Assembly (NCBI GenBank): GCA_963663475.2 | Contig: CAXXJV010000001.1 | Location: 1,728,001-1,792,000, forward strand | Direction: 5' to 3' | Source: Candidatus Cloacimonadales bacterium | GTDB taxonomy: Bacteria; Cloacimonadota; Cloacimonadia; Cloacimonadales; JAFGVF01 | Length of the DNA: 64,000 bases | Shown: piece by piece, positions 29,751 through 39,349 of the stretch | Position numbering within the stretch: the first letter of the stretch is position 1 | Layout of the letters: each line of letters starts with the position of its first letter | Translations under genes and position numbers: made by a program | Notes under the pieces: model-generated | What the model saw: the letters and a program-made list of their open reading frames with translations, nothing else | Told to the model about the DNA's origin: nothing | The model's database searches: none

Positions 29751-29807
29751 CTTCCTTTACAGTCTTTCGATGAAAGTCCCAGTTTCATCGAAAGACTGTA
29801 AAGGAAG
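29751..29807. repeat. 25 bp perfect inverted repeat
   Basis: cttcctttacagtctttcgatgaaa-gtcccag-tttcatcgaaagactgtaaaggaag. Confidence 0.9.
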
Positions 29808-29839
29808 AATTAAGGATGGATAGAGAAAGATTAGGGTCT

Positions 29840-29909
29840 ATCCCCTTTCAGCTCGTAAGAGCGGTATGAGAGGGGTGCCGTAAGGCGGGGAGAGTAAATC
29901 CCCTTTCAG
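29840..29909 (+). repeat. 58 bp GC-rich tandem unit; second unit is split by IS21 and continues at 32279-32329
   Basis: atcccctttcagctcgtaagagcggtatgagaggggtgccgtaaggcggggagagtaa x2. Confidence 0.85.
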
Positions 29910-29979
29910 TGTCAATAGCAGTTTAAATTGGTACAGTTTTGGCAGTTTAAAATGGTACACTATTGTAAATCATATTTCC

Positions 29980-30708
29980 TTATAGTTTTCCTTTCATTCT
30001 ATAACTATTTCCATCTATTAGAACTGTTTCTGCATGATGAACTAATCTATCTACTATAGCAGTAGTTATTACATTATCTCCAAAGGATTCTCCCCACTCT
30101 TGGAATAGCCTATTAGAGGTAATGATAATAGACCTATATTCATATAACTCATTTATTAGCTTAAAAAATAAACTCGCATTTACTGCCTTAATAGGAAGAT
30201 AGCCTATCTCATCAATAATAATAAGATCATTTTTTACTAACTTTGAAATCCATTTTTTGAAGTTATTTTCTACATTAGCAATAATCATTTCATCAATTAG
30301 GTCATTCATATTGTAAAAAATAACTTTATATCCTTTTAAGATAGCTTCATATCCTAAAGCTATAGATATATGAGTTTTACCTACACCAGGAGGACCCATT
30401 AATATTTTGTTTTCTCTGTTATCTATCCAAGTAAAGTCCTTCCACTCAGTAATCATTCTTTTAGTTATTGAATGCTGATATTTAAAATCAAAATCATCAA
30501 AACTTTTCAAAAGAGGAAATTTTGACCTTCTAATCTGTAAATTTATCATCGTTTGATTTCTACTATTGCATTCATTATCAATTACATATGAAAGAAAATT
30601 CATATAAGATAACTGATTATCTTGTGCATATTTAAGATATGATTCTAAATTATTAATAGTATGCCTGCATCTTAGTCTAAATAGATTTTTCTTTAATGTT
30701 TCGATCAT
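29980..30708 (-). CDS. istB: IS21 helper AAA+ ATPase
   Basis: GPPGVGKTH, IIIDEIGY, TSN, DRLVHH and SYR motifs. Confidence 0.95.
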   Translation of the reverse strand: MIETLKKNLFRLRCRHTINNLESYLKYAQDNQLSYMNFLSYVIDNECNSRNQTMINLQIRRSKFPLLKSFDDFDFKYQHSITKRMITEWKDFTWIDNRENKILMGPPGVGKTHISIALGYEAILKGYKVIFYNMNDLIDEMIIANVENNFKKWISKLVKNDLIIIDEIGYLPIKAVNASLFFKLINELYEYRSIIITSNRLFQEWGESFGDNVITTAIVDRLVHHAETVLIDGNSYRMKGKL

Positions 30709-32189
30709 TTTTTTACCACCTTATTATAAATTGATAAATCTCTCTGTATAACTGATTTTTTTGTTTCTATTATCCCATTGACTTGATTTTGATAGTTAGC
30801 AGATAACTTATTGCCTTTTATCTCTTCTTTGACTATAGACTCTATCTTTGTTGCTTTTATATCTTCTAATTCTAGTGCTTTAGAAATTATGTTTGACCAA
30901 TTTAAGTATTTATTTTTATTATACATTTTTAAAAATGCTAATAGTTGCTCTCTGGGATTTCTGTGATTATGTGCTATGAGTAAATTTAATAAAAGGATTA
31001 TCTTGTCATTATTGGGGAATAGTGAGCAAATATCTTCCTTTATATTATTAATTGTTTTCGAGTAGTCTATGTAATGACATTGAGATATGATAGGTTTTGT
31101 TCTTTCTCTGGAAATCCTATGAGATGCAACTTTTTTTCTACTATTCCTATCTATTATTTCTAAAGTGTCTTCATTTTCTTTAACTATAACTATCTTTTGT
31201 TGATAGATATAAGGAACTGAATATTTGTTACCATTCCATGAGATAAGACCTGTTTTATCTACTTTTCGTGTCTCTGCAATATTCAGGTTATATCTTCTTA
31301 ATAGTTTTTCTTCTTCTTTAAACATTACTATAGGTCTTTCTCTAAGCGTACTGTGGATACGATTATTTACTTCTTCTAACCAGCTTTTTGATTTCAACTT
31401 AACTTCAGATAAACTAGTAAATACTTCACCATCAAGAAAATCATACTTAACTTCTTGAACTTGTCTTTCTACCAACCCTTTACTTTCAGGATCATAACCT
31501 TCACAAACATAAGGACTTATTGTTAGATTATTCATAAATTGAAAAAACTTATTATTATAAGTTACTTCTCGATAAATCTCCTTTATAACGACTAGTTTTG
31601 TTTGATCATAAACCATTGTCTCTGGGATATATCCAAAATATTCAAAGCAATCTTTATGGGCTTGGATGAAGTCTTGAGTCTTATAAGGTCTTGTTTGAAA
31701 ATGTACATATTTCATTCGTGAATAGCAATAGCTAAACACACAAAAGTATATTTTTAACTTGCTCTTATCAGATAAATAGATATTATACTCTCCGGGATCA
31801 ACCTGCATCTGATTTCCTGGTTCATAATTGACAACTCGATAATAACGCTTAGTTGGTTGTATTAAATTATTTTTTATTTTTTTTGAAAAATTAAAAAAAG
31901 CTCTTTGTTTTACAGGTAATTTTCCATGCTGTTTGGATAATTTACGATATAATTTACTTAATCGCATATTAGGAAATTTTGTTAAATGTTTGCTAATTTC
32001 TTCCCTGTAAATTTCGAGCTTACTTGTTCGATTGACTTTCATTAAAGTTTTTTCTACGGTTTCAATGTCTTTTTGTAAGTAACCCATAACTGTTGTTTTA
32101 GAGATACTTAACTGTTCTGCTATTTCTCTTATACTCTTGCCATTTTCTCTTAATACTCTTATTGCGTGATACACTTGGACTCCTTTCAT
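30705..32189 (-). CDS. istA: IS21 DDE transposase
   Basis: N-terminal HTH; PGNQMQVD, YSR, YDQ, SKGLVER, NNRIH and KYSVP motifs. Confidence 0.95.
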   Translation of the reverse strand: MKGVQVYHAIRVLRENGKSIREIAEQLSISKTTVMGYLQKDIETVEKTLMKVNRTSKLEIYREEISKHLTKFPNMRLSKLYRKLSKQHGKLPVKQRAFFNFSKKIKNNLIQPTKRYYRVVNYEPGNQMQVDPGEYNIYLSDKSKLKIYFCVFSYCYSRMKYVHFQTRPYKTQDFIQAHKDCFEYFGYIPETMVYDQTKLVVIKEIYREVTYNNKFFQFMNNLTISPYVCEGYDPESKGLVERQVQEVKYDFLDGEVFTSLSEVKLKSKSWLEEVNNRIHSTLRERPIVMFKEEEKLLRRYNLNIAETRKVDKTGLISWNGNKYSVPYIYQQKIVIVKENEDTLEIIDRNSRKKVASHRISRERTKPIISQCHYIDYSKTINNIKEDICSLFPNNDKIILLLNLLIAHNHRNPREQLLAFLKMYNKNKYLNWSNIISKALELEDIKATKIESIVKEEIKGNKLSANYQNQVNGIIETKKSVIQRDLSIYNKVVKK

Positions 32190-32493
32190 ATTGTCTCCTA
32201 GATTTCTCTATTTTTTTATCTAGGAAACTGTACCAGATTAAACTGCCATTTGTGTACCAATTTAAAATGCCATCTACATTCAGCTCGTAAGAGCGGTATG
32301 AGAGGGGTGCCGTAAGGCGGGGAGAGTAACACAGACCGGAGTTCCTCAGCCGTTGGCAAGGGACTTTGGGCGAAGAGTGTCGGAAGTCGCTACTCCGTGA
32401 GCAACTCCCGTCACTCCTAATTAGGGTAAAGAATCTCTTTTTTTCTTATCAGTGTTTTCAGTTACTAAATCTTCTAACTAGTAGATTCTAAAA

Positions 32494-32861
32494 GGCTCAA
32501 GTTCAAGTCTGGTGTGGGAATAATATAGGAAAATGAGAATATTTCATTAAATATTGATTCATCAAAAATCCCTGAAAGGGATAAAATAATTTAGCCCAGG
32601 GTAAGATGCTGAAAGTATCGCAACCCTGGGTAAAGATGTCTAGCCCAAAGATATTACCCTGTAAGGGTTTAATAAAATGATAAATAATGCATTATTTGGG
32701 ATTATAATAAGTCTATGGTATATATGATGTTATTTAACCCTTTCAGGGTTAGGCTTTGTTTTTCATCACCAGTACCCAGGGTTGCATTCCCTTCAGGAAT
32801 TTACCCTGGGCTAAACTATTTATCCCCTTTTGGGGATTCAAGACTTATCCCCTCAGGATAC
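32494..32861 (+). repeat. Family B full-length REP-like branched palindrome
   Basis: atccctgaaagggat..agcccagggt..gcaaccctgggt..accctgtaagggt mirrored by accctttcagggt..acccagggttgc..accctgggct..atccccttttggggat. Confidence 0.85.
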
Positions 32862-32864
32862 ATA

Positions 32865-33085
32865 AAAAAGGTGTCCACTATATTGGTACTTGACATTTCT
32901 CTTGTCAGAGGGATAAGAGAAGGTCATCTTCTTTTTCCTTTCTTTCTGACAGTGATATCCAAACTACCAATAAATAAATAAAAATGCGAAATGAATATTG
33001 TTGTCTCTCTATGGCTAAGATTCCTTGGTCTTTGAAACAAGAGTGTCCTGCGACACTGCCTATAATATATTCATGTCTCTGGGCT
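32865..33085. ncRNA. Putative structured non-coding element (unassigned)
   Basis: Two nested multi-stem domains (attggta/taccaat, tgtcaga/tctgaca; atgaatat/atattcat, agtgtc/gacact); no credible ORF. Confidence 0.35.
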
Positions 33086-33110
33086 TAACTAAAAACAATC
33101 CTGATAAAAT

Positions 33111-33197
33111 GTCAAGAAAACCTAAAGAAGGGCAATATTATCGACTTCTTTAAGGATAAACTATTGCAGAAGGTGACTTGATGGTTGAACAGTCTCC
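33111..33197 (+). repeat. Family D repeat
   Basis: gtcaagaaaacctaaaga...acttctttaaggataaactattg...ttgaacagtctcc. Confidence 0.85.
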
Positions 33198-33229
33198 AAA
33201 TATTATAAAGATTTTCTAAAAAATATAAT

Positions 33230-33258
33230 TTGACAAGTCAATTCATAATGCATATAAT
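33230..33258 (+). promoter_or_regulatory. Consensus sigma70 promoter of the polysaccharide operon
   Basis: TTGACA-17 bp-TATAAT. Confidence 0.8.
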
Positions 33259-33381
33259 GTCTTATGATGAGTGATAAACTAACTAAGCAGGCTTTTTTCA
33301 TAAGTAAAATTTATGATATTGTCATGATATTGATTGATTTAAGGTATAGATTAAATTCAAAAATAATGATTGGGGTGAACA

Positions 33382-35772
33382 GTGAAAAAGAAAATTTTAT
33401 ATATTGATGTGCCCTTCTATGGTATCCACGGTGGAGATAAAAATAGATCAAACTTTTTATGGAAAATACTTAAAGAAAATTTTCAAGCTGATTTATTACT
33501 TTTAACAGATGATAAATCCTCCACCACAATTAATGACCACCATTGCGAAAATAATACATATTTTTTAGAAGTTTTGCCTAATAGTAGCAGAAGTCCTGAT
33601 GCAATCTATGATTTCTCGAAAACAGAGTTAGAGAATTTTTCCAATATTCTAAGATCAAATGATTATGATATTATTTTTGTTAGATTTATTTCTCCTGGTT
33701 TCTTAGCAATTCAGGCTGGAAAAGTTTTACCAGAAGCTCAGATATTCGTAGATGTCGATATGCTCTTTTCCCGAATTGCAGCAATGAACTGGGCTGATAA
33801 CCCTAGTATTATTAAGAACAGATACTTCTATAAAGAAAAAAGAAAACTAGAAAAATTTGAAATTATGTTCTTCAAAAAGAACTTCACCTTTCTTTTTACT
33901 AATGATTATGAAAGAAATTCTATTATTGAAAAATTAAAACTTCAACACAGGCAAAAATATTTTAAAGTCCTACCAAATATGCTTAAAAAAGTTTCGGCAG
34001 AGGATATTGTAGGACTTCAGGAAGATAAGTATATTTTAATATTTGGGACAATGAATTCAGTGGCTAACCAAGATGGGTTTAAATTCTTTGTAACTGAGAT
34101 TTATCCTTATGTAAGATCAGTTTTAGCTGATTTAGGTATAAAAGTACTTGTTGTTGGTAAAAATCCCCTAGCCTGGCAATATGAATATCAGGATGATATT
34201 TTGCAGATAGTTGGACCTGTTGATGACATAAACTCTTATATCAAAAATGCTATCTTAGTTTTCTTACCTTTAAGAATAGCTTCAGGAACTAGGACAAGGA
34301 TTCTAGAAGCAGCTGCTTTAAAACGTCCTGTTTTTACATCTAATATTGGGGCTGAAGGCTTTAACTTTGCTCCTGACGAAATGTTAATAGAAGACTATCC
34401 AGAAGAAATAATTCCCAAGTTAATTTATTTCTTAAAGAAACCTGAGGAATACATAGAGATGGGTGAAAAACTGTATAAAAAATGTATGGAACTATATGAA
34501 GAGAGTGTAGTAGCTAAGCAATTATTAGACTTCACTCAAGAGAGTTATAAATACGAAGTCAAGGATCGTACGGGAGAAAAGATGAAAGTAAATGCAGGAA
34601 AAAGAATTTGTATTGTTACTAATAGGTTCTATCCAGAAGTAGGAGGAGCAGAAACTAATATTTATTATCAGGCTAGAATGCTAGCTGAATCTAATGATGT
34701 GACTGTTATTTGCCCTAAAAGAATTGATAAGCCTTATTTAGAAGTTATGGATGGTATTACAGTATATCGCTTGAAAGACTTTTATAATAGAAAGAAAGAA
34801 TACCCAAATAAGGCAGCTAAAACCCTTTGTTTTGATGTCTTTGGTTTAATATATTTTGGAAACTATGATGTTGTGCAAGTTTTTCCTGCTATTAACCCTA
34901 ATAATATGATTGCCTTCTTTGCTGCCAAACTCTCCAAAACACCTATAATACTAGCCTCATTTGACTATTTAGATTATGCCTCTATTATCAAAAAAGAAGG
35001 GACTATTAATCCTAATATTTTAAGATTCCATAAGCCTAAGGCAAAGCAAATTTACTTCTTGAAAAGATTTGATTATATTTTTGCAATTTCAGATAAAGAA
35101 ATTGAATTCTATAAAAAATATAATAAAAATGTTGAATACTCTCCAGTTCCTATCCTGCTAGATGAATATAAGGGAGAAAAAACTAATCCAAGACAAAAAT
35201 ATGATATAGCAAATTCAGATTTTGTTTACCTGGTATTAGGAAGAGTATGTAATGTTAAGGGACAAGATATTGCTCTAAGAGCCTTTAAGGAAGTCTGTAA
35301 GGAAATTCCTAAAGCTCGTTTAGTCTTTGTGGGAAGATTTGATTATGAACCTGACTTCTATGATGAAATGCAAAAATATATTAGGAAAAATGACTTATCA
35401 GATAAGGTAACTTTCACAGGTATGATAGAAAGGGATGAAGTACTCGGCTGGTTAAGATATGCTGATGTGCATGTAATCCCAGTTCGTTTTATGAATTCTG
35501 GCGCTGTGGTAGTTGAATCATGGATAAGCGATACGCCAGTTATTCAAAGTGATGTTGTAGATCCAAACTTGGTAGTAGAAGGCGAAAATGGTTATCTTTT
35601 CCCAAGAGAAGACTCAAAAACTTGTGCCACTAAGATGATTAAAGCTTATAATGAAAGAGCTAATTTGAAAGACTTAGCCAAAAAAGGTAAGGAATTAGTC
35701 GAAAAGAAATATACTTATCAATACTTGACTAACCTATATTTACGTGTTTATGATAGCTTAAAGAAGAGATAA
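33382..35772 (+). CDS. Tandem double GT4 (GT-B) glycosyltransferase
   Basis: First module ends SGTRTRILEA; second has FYPEVGGAE, KGQD and GAVVVES. Confidence 0.85.
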   Translation: MKKKILYIDVPFYGIHGGDKNRSNFLWKILKENFQADLLLLTDDKSSTTINDHHCENNTYFLEVLPNSSRSPDAIYDFSKTELENFSNILRSNDYDIIFVRFISPGFLAIQAGKVLPEAQIFVDVDMLFSRIAAMNWADNPSIIKNRYFYKEKRKLEKFEIMFFKKNFTFLFTNDYERNSIIEKLKLQHRQKYFKVLPNMLKKVSAEDIVGLQEDKYILIFGTMNSVANQDGFKFFVTEIYPYVRSVLADLGIKVLVVGKNPLAWQYEYQDDILQIVGPVDDINSYIKNAILVFLPLRIASGTRTRILEAAALKRPVFTSNIGAEGFNFAPDEMLIEDYPEEIIPKLIYFLKKPEEYIEMGEKLYKKCMELYEESVVAKQLLDFTQESYKYEVKDRTGEKMKVNAGKRICIVTNRFYPEVGGAETNIYYQARMLAESNDVTVICPKRIDKPYLEVMDGITVYRLKDFYNRKKEYPNKAAKTLCFDVFGLIYFGNYDVVQVFPAINPNNMIAFFAAKLSKTPIILASFDYLDYASIIKKEGTINPNILRFHKPKAKQIYFLKRFDYIFAISDKEIEFYKKYNKNVEYSPVPILLDEYKGEKTNPRQKYDIANSDFVYLVLGRVCNVKGQDIALRAFKEVCKEIPKARLVFVGRFDYEPDFYDEMQKYIRKNDLSDKVTFTGMIERDEVLGWLRYADVHVIPVRFMNSGAVVVESWISDTPVIQSDVVDPNLVVEGENGYLFPREDSKTCATKMIKAYNERANLKDLAKKGKELVEKKYTYQYLTNLYLRVYDSLKKR

Positions 35773-35775
35773 TTA

Positions 35776-36948
35776 ATGAAAGCTCTAATTGCACACACCC
35801 TCTACGGCTATGTAGGGGGGATTGAAAGATATATTCATAAGGTCGGTTCTCTCTTAAAGAAAGAGGGATGGACCTTATATGGTTTGTTTGAATCAAAAGT
35901 AGATAATGTTGGAGATTTTGGTAACATTTATGATGAAGTATTCTTTGCTAATGACAACAATATAGATTCTCTGATCAAAGAATTTTATTCTCTTGATATT
36001 GAAGTAGTTTTTATTCATAAGAGTAATAATGTTAATATATTATCAGCTTTGAATAAAAACTTTTTTACTATTTCCACAATCCATGATCATGATTACTATT
36101 GTTTTAGGCATCATAAGTATTTCCCCATTAAGAGAATTAACTGCCCCTTACCCATGAACAGGATTTACTGTTCAATATGTTCACTCTTAATTAAGAAAGA
36201 TAAATCAAAAGCCTTGGGACTTTCTCTTATCAATGCCAATGAAAAAATCGCCTTAGCAGAAGAAATCAAAGACGCTGATGCTACTATTGTTCTCTCTAAA
36301 TATATGATGAGAAATCTCGATCTTAACCGGTGGAATATTGATACTGTATATAGGATATATCCAATTCACCAGGTTACTAATAGTGCTCAGCTCCCCTTTA
36401 CTAAGACTTATAGTGCTAAGTATCTCTATGTCGGTCAATTAATTCGAGGTAAGGGAGTAGATATTCTGATCGAAGCCTGCCGGCATCTGCAACATGATTA
36501 TACTCTTAAAATTCTTGGTAATGGTAACGATTATGATTATCTAGATAAAATGATAAAACTTTATGGCCTGCACAAACATATAGAACTTGTAGGCTGGGTA
36601 GATGATGTAGAAAAATACTATTCTGAAGCTGATTTGGTAATTGTTCCCTCAAGATGGCAAGAACCCTTTGGCTTGATAGGTATAGAAGCTTTTAGTAGAA
36701 AAGTACCTGTGCTTGGCTTTGATGTAGGAGGAATATCAGAATGGCTACATCATAAAAAGAATGGTTATCTGGTTAAAAAAAGAACTTTTGAAGGACTTGT
36801 AGAAGGTCTGGAATATATTGATAAAAACCCTGAATTACTTAGCAAGTGGGGCCAAGCTGCTTATGATTACGTTAAAGATAACTATTGTGAAGAGTGCTTT
36901 CTTAGATCAATCAAAGATATTTTAAATAAAGCTAAGGTGAAATTCTAA
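35776..36948 (+). CDS. GT4 glycosyltransferase
   Basis: GGIERY, KGVD and EPFGLIGIEA motifs. Confidence 0.9.
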   Translation: MKALIAHTLYGYVGGIERYIHKVGSLLKKEGWTLYGLFESKVDNVGDFGNIYDEVFFANDNNIDSLIKEFYSLDIEVVFIHKSNNVNILSALNKNFFTISTIHDHDYYCFRHHKYFPIKRINCPLPMNRIYCSICSLLIKKDKSKALGLSLINANEKIALAEEIKDADATIVLSKYMMRNLDLNRWNIDTVYRIYPIHQVTNSAQLPFTKTYSAKYLYVGQLIRGKGVDILIEACRHLQHDYTLKILGNGNDYDYLDKMIKLYGLHKHIELVGWVDDVEKYYSEADLVIVPSRWQEPFGLIGIEAFSRKVPVLGFDVGGISEWLHHKKNGYLVKKRTFEGLVEGLEYIDKNPELLSKWGQAAYDYVKDNYCEECFLRSIKDILNKAKVKF

Positions 36949-38252
36949 TGACTCATGCAGAATTAGTTACACTAATAAAAAAGAAATATGAGAATAAAAA
37001 GCATTTATACATTCTTAAATGTTTAAAGTTTTTAACCTCAAAAGTATTTCAAGTTATTTTTGTCTTACTGATTTTCTTTTCTTTTTCACTTCCAATCTAT
37101 ATTATTTTAACCTTAAGGAAACTCTTTAAAGGCTTGCCTATCTATAAAAATAAGGAAATAATTGGACATAGGTCTAGCTTGATTAACCTAAAACTTTATA
37201 ATATTGAAGGTTTTTTACTAACTAAAACTTCTCTTCTATCCTATATACTCAAAGGTAAAATAAACTTTGTTGGCTCTTCTTTCTTAGAAAAAGATTTTCT
37301 CGATGATGAAAAAACTTCTCTTATTTTTACTTATGGGTATCCAGGAATCTTTAACCTTTGGTTTATTCGTCAAAGTACTAAGATAGCCCATGAAGGAGTT
37401 CTAGACACAGAAATTGAATACTTGGCGACTAAAAGTCTAAAAAGAGATTTATCAATAATTATTAAAACTTTTCCAGCCTTATTATATCGTAGCAAAGGTG
37501 GAGAATATAAAAGCAAACTCAATATATTCGATATGGAATTTGATAATATTTCTATGAAAGAAGGAATAGATTTAATTGATAGAACAATAGAAAATGGGGA
37601 AAAAAAGAAATTTTTCTTTGTTAATCCCGATTGTATGAATAAATTATATGTAAATAAAGAGTATTTTTCTATCTTAGAAAAAGCTGATTACGTATTTCCA
37701 GATGGGATTGGCATTAGTATTGCTTGTAATATTTTGAAAACTCCTCTTCTGGAAAATGTTAATGGAACTGATATGTTACCTTTCTTATGCCAACTGAGTC
37801 AAAAAAGAGATTATTCAATCTTTCTTTTTGGTGCAAAACCTGGGGTAGCAAAAAAAATGAAAAAAAAGCTTGAAGAAAAATTTCCTAATCTTAAAATTGC
37901 TGGTGTTCGCGATGGTTACTTTGATTGGACCAAGGATACTAATAAAATTATTCAAGAGATAAACTCATCTCAAGCTAATATTTTATTGGTTGCTTTTGGA
38001 GTCCCTTTACAAGAAAAGTGGATTGAGCTTAACTTCAATAAGCTAAAACCACAAGTTTTGATGGGAGTAGGTGGTTTGTTTGACTTCTATTCTGGTCAGA
38101 TGAAAAGAGCACCAAAATGGATGCGAGAAATCGGAATGGAGTGGTTATTTAGATTACTAAAAGAACCTAAAAGAATGTGGAAACGATATATTATCGGTAA
38201 CCCTCTTTTTATATATCGTGTATATAAATGGAAAAATAAAAGAAATAGGTGA
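36948..38252 (+). CDS. WecB/TagA/CpsF (GT26) glycosyltransferase with degenerate N-terminal sugar-transferase-like domain
   Basis: PDGIG, NGTD, FGVPLQEKW, GVGGLFDF, RAPKWM and EWLFRL motifs. Confidence 0.88.
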   Translation: MTHAELVTLIKKKYENKKHLYILKCLKFLTSKVFQVIFVLLIFFSFSLPIYIILTLRKLFKGLPIYKNKEIIGHRSSLINLKLYNIEGFLLTKTSLLSYILKGKINFVGSSFLEKDFLDDEKTSLIFTYGYPGIFNLWFIRQSTKIAHEGVLDTEIEYLATKSLKRDLSIIIKTFPALLYRSKGGEYKSKLNIFDMEFDNISMKEGIDLIDRTIENGEKKKFFFVNPDCMNKLYVNKEYFSILEKADYVFPDGIGISIACNILKTPLLENVNGTDMLPFLCQLSQKRDYSIFLFGAKPGVAKKMKKKLEEKFPNLKIAGVRDGYFDWTKDTNKIIQEINSSQANILLVAFGVPLQEKWIELNFNKLKPQVLMGVGGLFDFYSGQMKRAPKWMREIGMEWLFRLLKEPKRMWKRYIIGNPLFIYRVYKWKNKRNR

Positions 38253-38256
38253 TTCT

Positions 38257-38970
38257 ATGGATAAAAGAATTAGAGAACAGAGAATTGAAAGATTGATGAG
38301 ATTGACACAGAAAAAGAATAAGTCTTCTATCTCATTTAAAATTGCCTTGTGGGATTATACAATAAAATCTGTCATTATGTTTAAGAAGTTTCTTGATGTA
38401 GTAGCTTCCTTAATCTTGATAATTTTACTGTCACCAGTCTTTATTATTACAGCTTTATTTATCTATATAGAAGACCCTGGTCCTGTTTTCTATATCGCCC
38501 CAAGAGTTGGTAAAGATGGGAAACACTTTGGCTTTATCAAGTTCAGATCTATGGTTATGAATGCTGATAAGATAAAAGATCAACTTCTTGATAAGAATGA
38601 ATCTAAAGCTGGTGTTATCTTCAAAATGAAGAAAGATCCAAGAGTGACTAAAACTGGGAGATTTATCAGACGCTTTAGTATTGATGAACTTCCTCAGTTG
38701 TTTAATGTGCTAAAAGGGGATATGAGTCTGGTTGGCCCTAGACCACCACTACCTCGTGAAGTTGCAGAATACACTTTATTAGACAGGAAAAGGCTTCATG
38801 TAATGCCAGGTATAACCTGCTTATGGCAAGTTAAAGGAAGGAGTGATATACCTTTTGATGAACAAGTTCAACTTGATATGCAATACATAAAATCAAGCTC
38901 TTTTTGGAAAGATATCAAAATTTTGATTATGACTATTCCCGCTGTTATTAGCGGTAAAGGTGCTTATTAA
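38257..38970 (+). CDS. Initiating phosphoglycosyl (sugar) transferase, Bac_transf family
   Basis: KFRSM, DPRVT, SIDELPQL, VGPRP and PGITCLWQV motifs; ATG at 38257 is the likely start. Confidence 0.92.
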   Translation: MDKRIREQRIERLMRLTQKKNKSSISFKIALWDYTIKSVIMFKKFLDVVASLILIILLSPVFIITALFIYIEDPGPVFYIAPRVGKDGKHFGFIKFRSMVMNADKIKDQLLDKNESKAGVIFKMKKDPRVTKTGRFIRRFSIDELPQLFNVLKGDMSLVGPRPPLPREVAEYTLLDRKRLHVMPGITCLWQVKGRSDIPFDEQVQLDMQYIKSSSFWKDIKILIMTIPAVISGKGAY

Positions 38971-38997
38971 CAATAAATATAAACATTTGGAGGAAAA

Positions 38998-39336
38998 ATG
39001 GAATTAAGTTTTGAAATGAAAGATAATGTTGGTGTTTTGAAAGTATCAGGAAGATTAGATGCCTATAATTCGGCTGAATTTAAAGATAATTTTACTAAAT
39101 ATACTGAACAAACAGTAAACTTTGTCCTGGACTTGAGTAGTCTTGACTTTCTAGATAGTACAGGTCTTGGCTCTTTGGTTGCCTGCTTAAAAGCTATATC
39201 TGAAAAAGATGGGGATATCAGAATAGCAAACATGTCTGAAAAACCTCGTATGGTTTTCGAGATTACAAGAGCTTATAAGATTTTTGAAATTTTCGATGAT
39301 GTTGATGTTGCAGTAATGAGTTATGAGGCTGATTAA
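38998..39336 (+). CDS. STAS-domain anti-sigma factor antagonist
   Basis: GRLDA and LDFLDSTGLG with the conserved phosphorylatable Ser. Confidence 0.9.
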   Translation: MELSFEMKDNVGVLKVSGRLDAYNSAEFKDNFTKYTEQTVNFVLDLSSLDFLDSTGLGSLVACLKAISEKDGDIRIANMSEKPRMVFEITRAYKIFEIFDDVDVAVMSYEAD

Positions 39337-39349
39337 TTCAGAGGTATAA

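Larger units (their letters stand above)
29910..32278 (-). mobile_element. IS21-family insertion sequence, apparently intact (2369 bp)
   Basis: TG...CA ends; doubled terminal repeats (gcagtttaaa-tggtaca); 5 bp target duplication TTCAG at 29905-29909 and 32279-32283; istA/istB inside. Confidence 0.95.

Noticed and set aside
29700-29900. RNase P RNA or hammerhead ribozyme (GAGGAAG, GAAAGTCC, GATGA..GAAA fragments)
   Set aside because: Motifs are not in the required order or context, and the region is explained by a perfect hairpin and REP-like units
25767-33380. tRNA-anchored genomic island or prophage
   Set aside because: No integrase, phage genes or duplicated tRNA 3' end were seen; only repeats and one IS are present
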